Assembly: GCA_965224255.1 (NCBI GenBank)
Contig: CBDCYO010000005.1
Coordinates: forward strand, 963,223-1,027,222
DNA from: Dehalococcoidia bacterium
GTDB lineage: Bacteria; Chloroflexota; Dehalococcoidia; UBA6926
Direction of reading: 5' to 3'
Length of the DNA stretch: 64,000 nucleotides
Program-made: the position numbers and the translations under genes
Notes under the pieces: model-generated
The model's input: the letters and a program-made list of their open reading frames with translations, nothing else
Told to the model about the DNA's origin: nothing
The model's database searches: none
In this document: one piece after another, positions 37,921-46,899 of the stretch
How positions within the stretch are numbered: position 1 is the stretch's first letter
Layout of the letters: every line of letters begins with the position of its first letter

Positions 37921-40158
37921 TCACCAGACAGGAGCTGAGTCCCCATGGCCTCCGCCAAGTAGCGCGCCACTCCACGCTTCAGCAATTGTCGTGAGTGGAA
38001 CGCCCATCACATCTGCGATGCTGAGGATGTCGCCGCCGACAACACCAATCTCACACAGGGGAACGCCGCGTTTCTCGGCGAGAGAGCGAAGGGCGGGTCG
38101 TTGCTCCGGCGCAATGGAGACGATGACGCGTGCCGGCGCCTCACCGAAGAGAGTGGCATCACGTCGCGCATTCTCGGGAAGGCCCACGTCAAGCCGCGCC
38201 CCGATGCCGCCAATAACGCACGACTCGGCAACCGTGACAGCGAGCCCCCCCTCTGACACATCGTGCGCCGATCTGAGAATGTGGCCGGCGATGGCGTCTC
38301 GCACAAGGGCCTGGGTCTTCACCTCTGCCTCAAGATCAATGACAGGCTTTCCCGCCACCATGCCATGCGCACGCGATACGTACGCGCTGCCGCCAAGAGC
38401 CTCGACACCCAGCTCTGCGGTCGAGGCTCCGAGAAGGACAATTCGGTCCCCGTCCGCACGAAATCCTGCACCAGCCCGCGCGGAAATGTCATCGAGCACG
38501 CCGATCATTCCCACTGTCGGAGTGGGATCAATTGCCCCCTCAGCCGATTCGTTGTAGAGGCTGACGTTGCCACTGATGACGGGAATGGTGAGGGCCCGGC
38601 ACGCCTCCGCCATGCCGCGGATGGCCTGCTCAAGCTGCCAGGCGATCGCTGGCCGCTCAGGATTTCCGAAGTTGAGACAATCCGTGATGGCCAATGGCCG
38701 CGCCCCGACGCAGGAGAGGTTGCGCGCCGCTTCGATGACGGCCAGCGCTCCCCCTGTGTATGGATCCAAATAGCACGCGCGCGAATTCACGTCGATACTG
38801 AGGGCGATTCCCTTGTTCGTACCCTTGACTCGCAGGACGGCAGCATCTGCCTCACCGGGCGCGAGCACGGTGTTGTTCCCCACTTGGTGGTCGTACTGCT
38901 GATACACGGGGCGCTTACTGGCGAGAGAGGGCATCGCGAGCATGTGGATGAGCAGCGTGTCCCAGCCTGCTGGTTCCGGCAGCTGTGACAGGTCCCACCC
39001 ACGGAGCTCGGTGATGTGCGGGTCTTCCTCCCCGGAGAGTTCATACGCAGGCGGTTCCGTCAGGGCGGCGATGGACATATCGCCGACGATGCCATCTGTG
39101 TCACGGATGACCGTGCGGTTGCCATCTGTGACGACACCGATTTCGTCGCAGGCCAACTCCCACTTCTCGCAGACGGCACGGACTGTGGACACGTTCTCAG
39201 GTGGGACGACGAGGAGCATTCTCTCTTGGGATTCGGACAGCATGACCTCGTAGGGGGTCATGCCTTCTTCTCGCCGCGGAACGCGGGATACGTCCACCTC
39301 AACGCCCGTATTGGCGCGCGCGGCACATTCGACGACGGCGCTTGTCAGTCCGCCCGCGCCGAGGTCCTGCATTCCGACCAGAAGGCCTTCTGCAGCTATC
39401 TCAAGACAGGCTTCGAGCACGAGCTTTTCGAGGAACGGGTTGCCCACCTGTACGGCGGGCCGACGCTCCGCAGACTGCTCGGAAAGGTCGACGGAGGCAA
39501 ACGTCGCGCCGTGGATGCCATCACGTCCGGTGTCAGCGCCGACGAGGAGGAGCACGTTTCCTGCTCCGCCGGTGCGTGCGCGGATGATCTGGTCTTCACG
39601 CGTGATGCCGACGCACATGGCATTGACAAGCGGATTGACGGAATAGGACGGCGCGAAGGTCACCTGTCCGGCGACGTCCGGAATGCCGATACAGTTGCCA
39701 TACCCACCGATGCCGGCAACGATGCCGTCAAACAGGTAGCGGTTACGTGCGCGCTCCTCAAGCGGACCGAAGAACAGGGCGTTGAGGAGGGCAATGGGTC
39801 GCGCACCCATACTGACGATATCGCGGATAATTCCGCCAACGCCCGTGGCCGCACCCTGGTATGGCTCCACAGCGGATGGGTGATTATGGGATTCAATCTT
39901 CATGACAACCGCCAGGCCATCGCCGATGGACACGGCGCCGGCGTTCTCCTCGCCTGGTCCTATACGAACCCACGGCGCGTCAGAGGGTAATTGGCGCAGC
40001 AGCAGGCGGGAATGCTTGTATCCGCAGTGCTCGCTCCACAGGATGCCAAACATACCAAGCTCAAGATGATTCGGCTCGCGCCCCATCCGGCGGACGATCT
40101 CATCGTATTCGTCGCGTGAAAGCGAAAGTTCGGCAAGCGTTTCTTGGGAGACGGGCAT
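37921..40158 (-). CDS. purL: Phosphoribosylformylglycinamidine synthase II
   Basis: 745 aa; EPNHLELGMFGILWSEHCGYKHS N-terminal motif and duplicated AIR-synthase-related domains. Confidence 0.9.
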   Translation of the reverse strand: MPVSQETLAELSLSRDEYDEIVRRMGREPNHLELGMFGILWSEHCGYKHSRLLLRQLPSDAPWVRIGPGEENAGAVSIGDGLAVVMKIESHNHPSAVEPYQGAATGVGGIIRDIVSMGARPIALLNALFFGPLEERARNRYLFDGIVAGIGGYGNCIGIPDVAGQVTFAPSYSVNPLVNAMCVGITREDQIIRARTGGAGNVLLLVGADTGRDGIHGATFASVDLSEQSAERRPAVQVGNPFLEKLVLEACLEIAAEGLLVGMQDLGAGGLTSAVVECAARANTGVEVDVSRVPRREEGMTPYEVMLSESQERMLLVVPPENVSTVRAVCEKWELACDEIGVVTDGNRTVIRDTDGIVGDMSIAALTEPPAYELSGEEDPHITELRGWDLSQLPEPAGWDTLLIHMLAMPSLASKRPVYQQYDHQVGNNTVLAPGEADAAVLRVKGTNKGIALSIDVNSRACYLDPYTGGALAVIEAARNLSCVGARPLAITDCLNFGNPERPAIAWQLEQAIRGMAEACRALTIPVISGNVSLYNESAEGAIDPTPTVGMIGVLDDISARAGAGFRADGDRIVLLGASTAELGVEALGGSAYVSRAHGMVAGKPVIDLEAEVKTQALVRDAIAGHILRSAHDVSEGGLAVTVAESCVIGGIGARLDVGLPENARRDATLFGEAPARVIVSIAPEQRPALRSLAEKRGVPLCEIGVVGGDILSIADVMGVPLTTIAEAWSGALLGGGHGDSAPVW

Positions 40159-40230
40159 GTCACATCACGCGGGTGGCGGGGTCGGGGTCATGGTTGGGGG
40201 TTCGTGTCTGGCTAGGCTGCCGTGCCGTTC

Positions 40231-41163
40231 TCATGGCAGTTCTGCGAAGTCCTCTTCCCATTCCTCGGCCATACCGATGAGATCCGGAAGCGGAGTGCCG
40301 CCCTGTTCGCTATCCAGGCTTGGTGGCGCCAACCGCGTCGGTGGTTGCGCGCCTTCGCCGACGGCGAGCAGCAGGAGGGAATCGATCAAGGCCTCGCGCG
40401 CGTCCCACTTCCTGCCAGGACGCCGAATCACAAGCGCCGGCCTGAGCGCGGCAATAACGGCAGCGCGGAGAACATCTTCCTGCATCCACATGGGCTGCTC
40501 CCTGATGTCTGCCTCCTGGCGGTTGTCACACTCAGCACAGTGGAACTGCGCACGATCCCAGTCCGCGTCATACTCCGTGGTCCCTTGCATGGCCCCGCAG
40601 ACGCGGCACGCGGCGCCTGCAAAAGCGAGGGGGGCCTCGCCAATCTCAACGCCTTGCATTGTCTCGCGGATGGCCTCTGCAATTTGCGATGGCGAGCGTA
40701 ACGCCAGACGCAGCATGGAGTGAAAGCCCGGCTCTCTGACAAGGGCTGACGCATGTGTGACTTCCACGTTTGCAGCATGCGCGGCGTCCCGGAGCTCCTG
40801 CGTATGGGCTTCAAAGAGCGCCTCCCAGTGCTGGGCGCGCGATTCGTCACACGACTCCGGATCCGGCTGGCACGCGTACGTGCGGCCGTGTGGCGTCAGG
40901 TTGAATGGGCGGCGCGGGTCTGCGGTCATACCGTCTGTGTCCCAATCCGGCACGACAAACACAACCCGAAGGCGCGCAGAAGGGTCGCTTTCCCGGACGC
41001 GTCTAGCCAGAGAGGCGGGATACGCCAGCAGACGCAGTCGATCCGCCTCCGTCAGCGCCGCCATTGGAATCTCGCCCGCCAGTATCGCCTCGCCCGGCTG
41101 CAAGATTCCCCCGACGTGGGCGAGGCCGGCAGAGTTGCGGTAATGGTGCAGGGCGGCTACCAC
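40231..41163 (-). CDS. Hypothetical protein with C4-type zinc-ribbon-like cysteine pairs
   Basis: 310 aa; CRVCG ... CAECD cysteine pairs; no family recognised; immediately upstream of purL on the same strand. Confidence 0.5.
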   Translation of the reverse strand: MVAALHHYRNSAGLAHVGGILQPGEAILAGEIPMAALTEADRLRLLAYPASLARRVRESDPSARLRVVFVVPDWDTDGMTADPRRPFNLTPHGRTYACQPDPESCDESRAQHWEALFEAHTQELRDAAHAANVEVTHASALVREPGFHSMLRLALRSPSQIAEAIRETMQGVEIGEAPLAFAGAACRVCGAMQGTTEYDADWDRAQFHCAECDNRQEADIREQPMWMQEDVLRAAVIAALRPALVIRRPGRKWDAREALIDSLLLLAVGEGAQPPTRLAPPSLDSEQGGTPLPDLIGMAEEWEEDFAELP

Positions 41164-41255
41164 GTGTTCCGGCCCGCTATGGCGAGACGAGATACTGCAC
41201 GGGGACGGGATGAGTCTCCCGGCGGCACGGCAGGTTGTGAAGGCGCGTCAATGGA

Positions 41256-42092
41256 TTAGCGTTCGATGGGGAGGCCAACGCCGCTGCCCCACTCCGTCCA
41301 CGAGCCGTCGTAATTCCGAATGTTCGGGTATCCGAGCAGTTCCCTGAGGACGAACCAGGTATGCGAAGACCGCTCGCCGATACGGCAGTAGGCGATGACG
41401 TCCTTGTCCGCAGTCACGCCACGCCCACCGTAGATGTCGTTGAGTTCATCCACGGACTTAAATGTGCCGTCGTCGTTGACGGCCTGCGCCCAACCGATGT
41501 TCAGGGCGCCGGGAATGTGTCCGCCCCGCTGTGAGCCCTCTTGAGGAAGGTTCGCGGGTGCAAGCAACTCGCCGCTGAACTCCGCGGGGGACCGGACGTC
41601 CACGAGCACTGCTGAGCCGAGGCTGGCACGGACATCGTCACGCAGAGCGCGTATAGATATGTTCGGCTCCTTGGCCGTGTAGGACTGTGGAGAATGTGCG
41701 GGCACATCGGTCGTCGTCGGTCTCCCCTCGGCCAGCCATTTCGCGCGGCCGCCGTTCATGATCTGGACGTTGGCGTGGCCGTAGTACTTCATCTGCCAGT
41801 ACGCCCATGCGGCGAACCAATTATTGTTGTCGCCGTAGAGAATGACTCGCGAGTCGTTGCCGATGCCGGATCCACCGAGGAGTCGCTCGAACTCGCCTTT
41901 CTCAACGACATCACGCACGATGGCCTGCTGAAGTTGAGACTTCCAGTTCCAGCCCACCGCGCCGGGGGCGTGTCCCTGGTCATACGCCGCCGTATCAACA
42001 TCCACCTCAACAAGCCGCACCCCCTGCGTGTCCAGGTTCTGCGCGACCCACTCCGTATCGACTAATGCGTCTGGATTTGCGTAGTCAGCCAT
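41256..42092 (-). CDS. sseA: Thiosulfate/3-mercaptopyruvate sulfurtransferase (tandem rhodanese domains)
   Basis: Two rhodanese domains; active-site CRIGERSS in the second. Confidence 0.85.
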   Translation of the reverse strand: MADYANPDALVDTEWVAQNLDTQGVRLVEVDVDTAAYDQGHAPGAVGWNWKSQLQQAIVRDVVEKGEFERLLGGSGIGNDSRVILYGDNNNWFAAWAYWQMKYYGHANVQIMNGGRAKWLAEGRPTTTDVPAHSPQSYTAKEPNISIRALRDDVRASLGSAVLVDVRSPAEFSGELLAPANLPQEGSQRGGHIPGALNIGWAQAVNDDGTFKSVDELNDIYGGRGVTADKDVIAYCRIGERSSHTWFVLRELLGYPNIRNYDGSWTEWGSGVGLPIER

Positions 42093-42258
42093 GGTGCCCC
42101 CCCACTTATCTGTGCCGTATCCCTGCGGCCGAACCTGTGCTAGATTCGCAGCAATTGCAATTCATCGTCAAGTGGCACGGAGGCATTTGCGCAAGCGCCA
42201 TGCAACGATATCGGCATCATCGCGGGGCCACGGGACACTGAACAGGAGGAACACGGCG

Positions 42259-42372
42259 ATGCGGGTCATGGTGCTGGTCAAGGCCACTACTGAGAGCGAG
42301 TTGGGGATCATGCCCTCCGCGGAACTGAAGGAACTGCGCGAGCGGGTGGACAAATCCTTTTCGGAAGTCTAA
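42259..42372 (+). CDS. Small 37-codon ORF with strong RBS, stop overlapping the gcvT start (TAATG)
   Basis: AGGAGG 8 nt upstream of ATG 42259; peptide MRVMVLVKATTESELGIMPSAELKELRERVDKSFSEV resembles the N-terminus of YciI-like proteins but ends after 37 aa. Confidence 0.3.
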   Translation: MRVMVLVKATTESELGIMPSAELKELRERVDKSFSEV

Positions 42373-43451
42373 TGTCTCTCCTCCGCACGCCGCTTTATGG
42401 CGCCCACGATTCCCTTGGGGCGCGGATTGTCGAGTTTGGTGGTTGGGAGATGCCTGTTCAGTACCCGAGTGGCGTCCTTGCTGAGCATGCGGCGGTCCGG
42501 CGAGCGGTTGGCATGTTTGATATCTCGCACATGGGGCGTCTCCGTCTGAGCGGGCACAACGCGGCGGAGGCCCTTGACCGCCTCGTGAGCAGCAACATCG
42601 GCAAACTTCGGGCCCAGCGTGCCCGCTATGGCCTCATCTGTAACGAGTCAGGCGGCATTCTCGATGATGTGGTCGTCATGCGCCTCGCCGATGAGGAGTT
42701 CCTGCTGGTCTGTAACGCTGCCAGCTGGGATCGCATTCTCCACTGGGTCACTCTGCACGCAGGGGACATATCCATCACACCGCAACGAGATGAAACGTCC
42801 ATGATTGCGGTACAAGGCCCTCTCGCAGTCGATGCCCTCACGGAACTGTGTGATGAGCCCATCGCCGCATTGGGGCGCTTTGCGTGCCAGTCCACAACGA
42901 TGGCCGGCGTTCCATCTCTTCTATCCCGCACTGGCTATACAGGTGAAGACGGGTTTGAACTGATCGTATCGGCTGCGGATGCTGAGCGCGTATGGGGAAC
43001 GCTGGCGAGAGAACGTGGTGTCGCGCCGTGTGGTCTCGCCGCCCGTGACATCCTTCGGCTGGAGTCCGGCTTGATGCTCTACGGGCAGGATATGGACGAC
43101 AGCGTGACTCCGCTTGAGGCGGGACTCGGTCGATTTGTGGATCTCGAAAAGAACTTCATCGGCGCTGAACGGCTGCGCAAGCAGGCGCTGGAGGGACTTC
43201 AGCAGCGGATAACGGGCCTATCCGTGCCGGGGCGCTCTGCGCCCCGGCACGGATACTCGGTGAGGACAACGGATGGCCGTGAATCTGTCATCACAAGCGG
43301 CACATATTCGCCTGAACTGAAATCGTCCATTGCCTTGGCATACCTTCCAATAGACGTGGCTGAGCCCGGCAGTGAGGTTGAGGTGGATATCAGGGGCCGC
43401 CCTACCCGGGCCACAACGACGGCCCTGCCGTTCATCCAGCCCCGGCGCTAG
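42372..43451 (+). CDS. gcvT: Glycine cleavage system aminomethyltransferase T protein
   Basis: GARIVEFGGWEMPVQY, DISHMG, folate-binding aminomethyltransferase fold. Confidence 0.9.
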   Translation: MSLLRTPLYGAHDSLGARIVEFGGWEMPVQYPSGVLAEHAAVRRAVGMFDISHMGRLRLSGHNAAEALDRLVSSNIGKLRAQRARYGLICNESGGILDDVVVMRLADEEFLLVCNAASWDRILHWVTLHAGDISITPQRDETSMIAVQGPLAVDALTELCDEPIAALGRFACQSTTMAGVPSLLSRTGYTGEDGFELIVSAADAERVWGTLARERGVAPCGLAARDILRLESGLMLYGQDMDDSVTPLEAGLGRFVDLEKNFIGAERLRKQALEGLQQRITGLSVPGRSAPRHGYSVRTTDGRESVITSGTYSPELKSSIALAYLPIDVAEPGSEVEVDIRGRPTRATTTALPFIQPRR

Positions 43452-43573
43452 TGGAGAAATGTCCGGCTGGGCACCGACGCCGATGGTAGCGCCGCGGCAC
43501 CGCTCATCCGTAGAATAGACTGGCAATTTCGCACCCCGCCGTCCCGCGGGGTTGCAGTGTGGAGGGTTGTGAT

Positions 43574-43981
43574 ATGCCACGTGATCCGGCGACGCTGCGC
43601 TTCAGTCGCGAGCATGAGTGGGTCGTGCAGGACGAGGCCGATCCGACGTCGGCCACGATTGGTGTCACGGACTACGCGCAGGGCGAACTCGGTGACGTCG
43701 TCTACGTTGCTCTACCGGCTCAGGGCGTATCACTGACACAATTCGAGACGTTTGGTGAGATCGAGTCAGTCAAGTCCGTTTCAGACCTCTTCGCGCCTGT
43801 TGGCGGCACCGTGACGGAAGTCAATTCCGCGCTGGAAGACCACCCTGAACTCGTCAATGATGACCCGTACGGCGAGGGATGGATGGTACGTGTAACGCTC
43901 ACCGATATCCGCGAGGTGCAGCGTCTCATTTCTCACACGGCGTATCAGGAATTCCTGACAGAGCTTGGCGGCAGTGACTAA
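43574..43981 (+). CDS. gcvH: Glycine cleavage system H protein (lipoyl carrier)
   Basis: FSREHEWV ... lipoyl-lysine motif EIESVKSVSDLFAPVGG; GGAGGG RBS before ATG 43574. Confidence 0.85.
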   Translation: MPRDPATLRFSREHEWVVQDEADPTSATIGVTDYAQGELGDVVYVALPAQGVSLTQFETFGEIESVKSVSDLFAPVGGTVTEVNSALEDHPELVNDDPYGEGWMVRVTLTDIREVQRLISHTAYQEFLTELGGSD

Positions 43982-46868
43982 TCAGCGCTCGCCCGCCCCC
44001 TTCGTGCCACTGACGGCCGCGGATCGAGAGCACATGCTTGATGCCATCGGCCTGAATGATGTCGATGACCTGTTCACTGACATCCCTGCTGACTATCGCA
44101 ATCCATCTCTCAACCTGCCGCCTGCGCTTTCTGAACACGATGTCGTCAGCCATATGCGAGATCTGGCCGCCAAGAACGTATCGTCAGATGCTGCGCCGTC
44201 GTTTCTGGGCGGAGGATTCGCGCGTCATTTTGTGCCGAGTGTGGTTGGCGCCATCACATCACGTGGTGAATTCCTGACGCCCTACACGCCCTACCAGCCA
44301 GAAGCCAGCCAGGGCATCCTTCAGGCGCTCTTTGAGTATCAGACCGTTGTGTGTGACCTCACGGGCATGGATGCCTCCAACACCGGCATGTATGACGGAG
44401 CGAGTGCCCTGGCGGAAGCCGCCCTCATGGCGTGTCGGCTCACGCGCCGCCATGTCGTCGCCGTGCATGCGAGTGTCTCCCCCATCTATCGCGCCGCGCT
44501 TGAGACGTATGCGGGTGCACAGGAGATTGCCATCACCGATGGACTCGATACCGCCGCTGAGGGTGAGCTAGCCTGCCTGCTCGTCCAGCAGCCGTCATAT
44601 GACGGCGTCATCGATGACGCCGTCGACGATCTGGCCGAGGCGATTCACACGCGGGGAGGGCTGCTCATCATGGCCGTGGAGCCAGTTTCCCTTGCTGTGC
44701 TCAGGCCGCCCGGCGACTACGGCGCGGACATCGTTGTCGCAGAGGGCCAACCGCTGGGTATCGCGCTGGGATTTGGCGGACCGGGAGTTGGATTCTTCGC
44801 ATGTCGGAACGAGTACCTGCGACAGATGCCCGGCCGCATCGTCGGACGAAGCGTTGATGCCGCCGGGCGCGACGCGTTCGTGCTGACGCTTCAGACGCGT
44901 GAGCAACACATTAGACGCGAGAAGGCGACGTCCAATATCTGCACGGCCGAGACGCTTGCGGCGATTGCCGTTGCCGTTCACACTGCCGTCCTGGGGCCAC
45001 ATGGCCTGCGCGAAATCGCCTTCACCTGCTATCAGGCAGCGCACCACGTGGCACGACGCATCACCACCCTGCCCGGGTATGCCCGTCACGGCGGCGATAG
45101 CGCGCGCTTCGTCAAAGAATTCGTCGTCGAATGCCCCATCCCACCTGCTGAGGTGAATCGGCGGCTGTGGGAAGACTACGGAGTCATCGGCGGCATCGAC
45201 GTGTCAGACCGTGTCCCGAACGGCCTTCTGCTGTGCGTAACGGAGACAAACTCCGCCGCAGATAGTGATCGCCTTGTTTCCGCTCTCGCGGACATCGCGG
45301 GCGTATCCGAACACGCGACGGCCGTTTCCTCAGCTGATCGCACACTGGCAGACTGGCACAGCATCACCACGCCCCCGGCCGGCAGAGGGGGCATCCTCGC
45401 CGGCGAGGATGCCCCCTCTGGTCAGACCCCGCTGTTATTGGACATCTCGCGGCCGGGGCGACGTGGCGTTACGACGCCTGCACCCGTCGTTCCGCCAACT
45501 GAGCCACCATTGCCGTCCACCCTGTTGCGCCGCGAATTACGGCTGCCGGAGGTGAGTGAGCTGGACGTCATGCGCTATTTCACCCGCATCAGCCAGTCCA
45601 ACTACTCCGTTGATACGACTTTCTATCCGCTGGGCTCATGCACGATGAAGTACAACCCACGCGTGAATGAAACCGTCGCCGCCATGCCCGGCTTCGCCAA
45701 CGCGCACCCCTACCAACCGGCCGAAACCTCGCAGGGAACGCTGGAGGCGCTCCATGGCCTGCAAGAGATGTTGGCCACCGTCGTTGGGATGGATGCAACG
45801 AGTCTTGCGCCGTCCGCCGGAGCGCATGGCGAACTCACCGGAATGCTCCTCTTTCGCGCCTACCACCGCAGTCGAGGAGATGACGCCCGCGCCGTCATTC
45901 TCTCCCCTGATTCGTCACACGGAACCAACCCGGCCTCTGCCACAATGGCCGGGTTCACACTCGTGACCGTGCCGACGGACAACGTCGGCAACATTGATAT
46001 GGACGTGCTGCGCTCTCTACTCGGGCCGGACGTGGCCGGCATCATGCTGACAATGCCGACGACGCTCGGGCTCTTCGATCCACAGACGCCGGAGATTTGC
46101 CGTCTCGTGCATGAGGCGGGCGGCCTTGTCTATGGAGACGGAGCCAATCTGAATGCCCTGCTGGGACGTGCGCGGCTTGGCGATCTCGGTTTTGACATCG
46201 TTCACATCAACGTTCACAAAACGTTTTCCACACCACATGGTGGTGGTGGCCCCGGCGCCGGCCCCATCTGCGTGACTGAGCGCCTCGCGGAGTTCCTCCC
46301 CACGCCGCACATTGCACGACGGGCCGATGGTCTGTTTCACCTCGTGAATCCGTCCGGCACGGTCGGCCGCATCGGCTCCGCGGCGGGCAACGTCGGCGTT
46401 CTTCTTCGCGCGTATACATACATCCGCATGCACGGCGCGGACGGCCTGAGAGCGGTCAGCGGCGCTGCCGTCCTGAACGCCAACTACCTTCGTGCCCAGC
46501 TCAGCGAGCACTACGATTTGCCCTATGATCGCGTCTGCATGCATGAGGCGGTGTTTTCCGCCACGCGGCAGCGCCGTGGACGAGGCGTGCGCGCCGGCGA
46601 CATCTGCAAACGGCTCCTCGATTACGGATTCTATGCGCCGACCGTGTATTTCCCGCTGATCGTGGACGAGGCGTTGATGATCGAACCGACGGAAACGGAG
46701 AGTCTGGAGACACTGGACGCATTCGTCGAGGCGATGGCGTCCATCGCGCAAGAGGCATCGGAAAATCCGGACCTGGTGCGCGGGGCGCCGCACACGACAC
46801 CCGTCCGCCGCATCGATGAAACGCTCGCCGCTCGCCGCCCCGTGTTGCGGTGGGCACCGAGAGAGTGA
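43965..46868 (+). CDS. gcvP: Glycine dehydrogenase (decarboxylating), single-chain fusion of subunit-1-like (PA) and subunit-2-like (PB) halves joined by a Pro/Thr/Arg-rich linker
   Basis: 967 aa. N-terminal half begins like GcvPA (LTAADREHMLDAIGLNDVDDLF). After the linker the second half begins like GcvPB (LLLDISRPGRRG ... LPEVSELDVMRYFTRISQSN ... GSCTMKYNP). Confidence 0.85.
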   Translation: MAAVTNQRSPAPFVPLTAADREHMLDAIGLNDVDDLFTDIPADYRNPSLNLPPALSEHDVVSHMRDLAAKNVSSDAAPSFLGGGFARHFVPSVVGAITSRGEFLTPYTPYQPEASQGILQALFEYQTVVCDLTGMDASNTGMYDGASALAEAALMACRLTRRHVVAVHASVSPIYRAALETYAGAQEIAITDGLDTAAEGELACLLVQQPSYDGVIDDAVDDLAEAIHTRGGLLIMAVEPVSLAVLRPPGDYGADIVVAEGQPLGIALGFGGPGVGFFACRNEYLRQMPGRIVGRSVDAAGRDAFVLTLQTREQHIRREKATSNICTAETLAAIAVAVHTAVLGPHGLREIAFTCYQAAHHVARRITTLPGYARHGGDSARFVKEFVVECPIPPAEVNRRLWEDYGVIGGIDVSDRVPNGLLLCVTETNSAADSDRLVSALADIAGVSEHATAVSSADRTLADWHSITTPPAGRGGILAGEDAPSGQTPLLLDISRPGRRGVTTPAPVVPPTEPPLPSTLLRRELRLPEVSELDVMRYFTRISQSNYSVDTTFYPLGSCTMKYNPRVNETVAAMPGFANAHPYQPAETSQGTLEALHGLQEMLATVVGMDATSLAPSAGAHGELTGMLLFRAYHRSRGDDARAVILSPDSSHGTNPASATMAGFTLVTVPTDNVGNIDMDVLRSLLGPDVAGIMLTMPTTLGLFDPQTPEICRLVHEAGGLVYGDGANLNALLGRARLGDLGFDIVHINVHKTFSTPHGGGGPGAGPICVTERLAEFLPTPHIARRADGLFHLVNPSGTVGRIGSAAGNVGVLLRAYTYIRMHGADGLRAVSGAAVLNANYLRAQLSEHYDLPYDRVCMHEAVFSATRQRRGRGVRAGDICKRLLDYGFYAPTVYFPLIVDEALMIEPTETESLETLDAFVEAMASIAQEASENPDLVRGAPHTTPVRRIDETLAARRPVLRWAPRE

Positions 46869-46899
46869 CCGCAGGCACAGAGCAGGGGTAGGTGGGAAC

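Noticed and set aside
42093-42260. Glycine riboswitch expected upstream of the gcvT operon
   Set aside because: I could not find the conserved aptamer segments in either orientation. The space is instead occupied by a short RBS-preceded ORF. A covariance-model scan would be needed to exclude a divergent aptamer.
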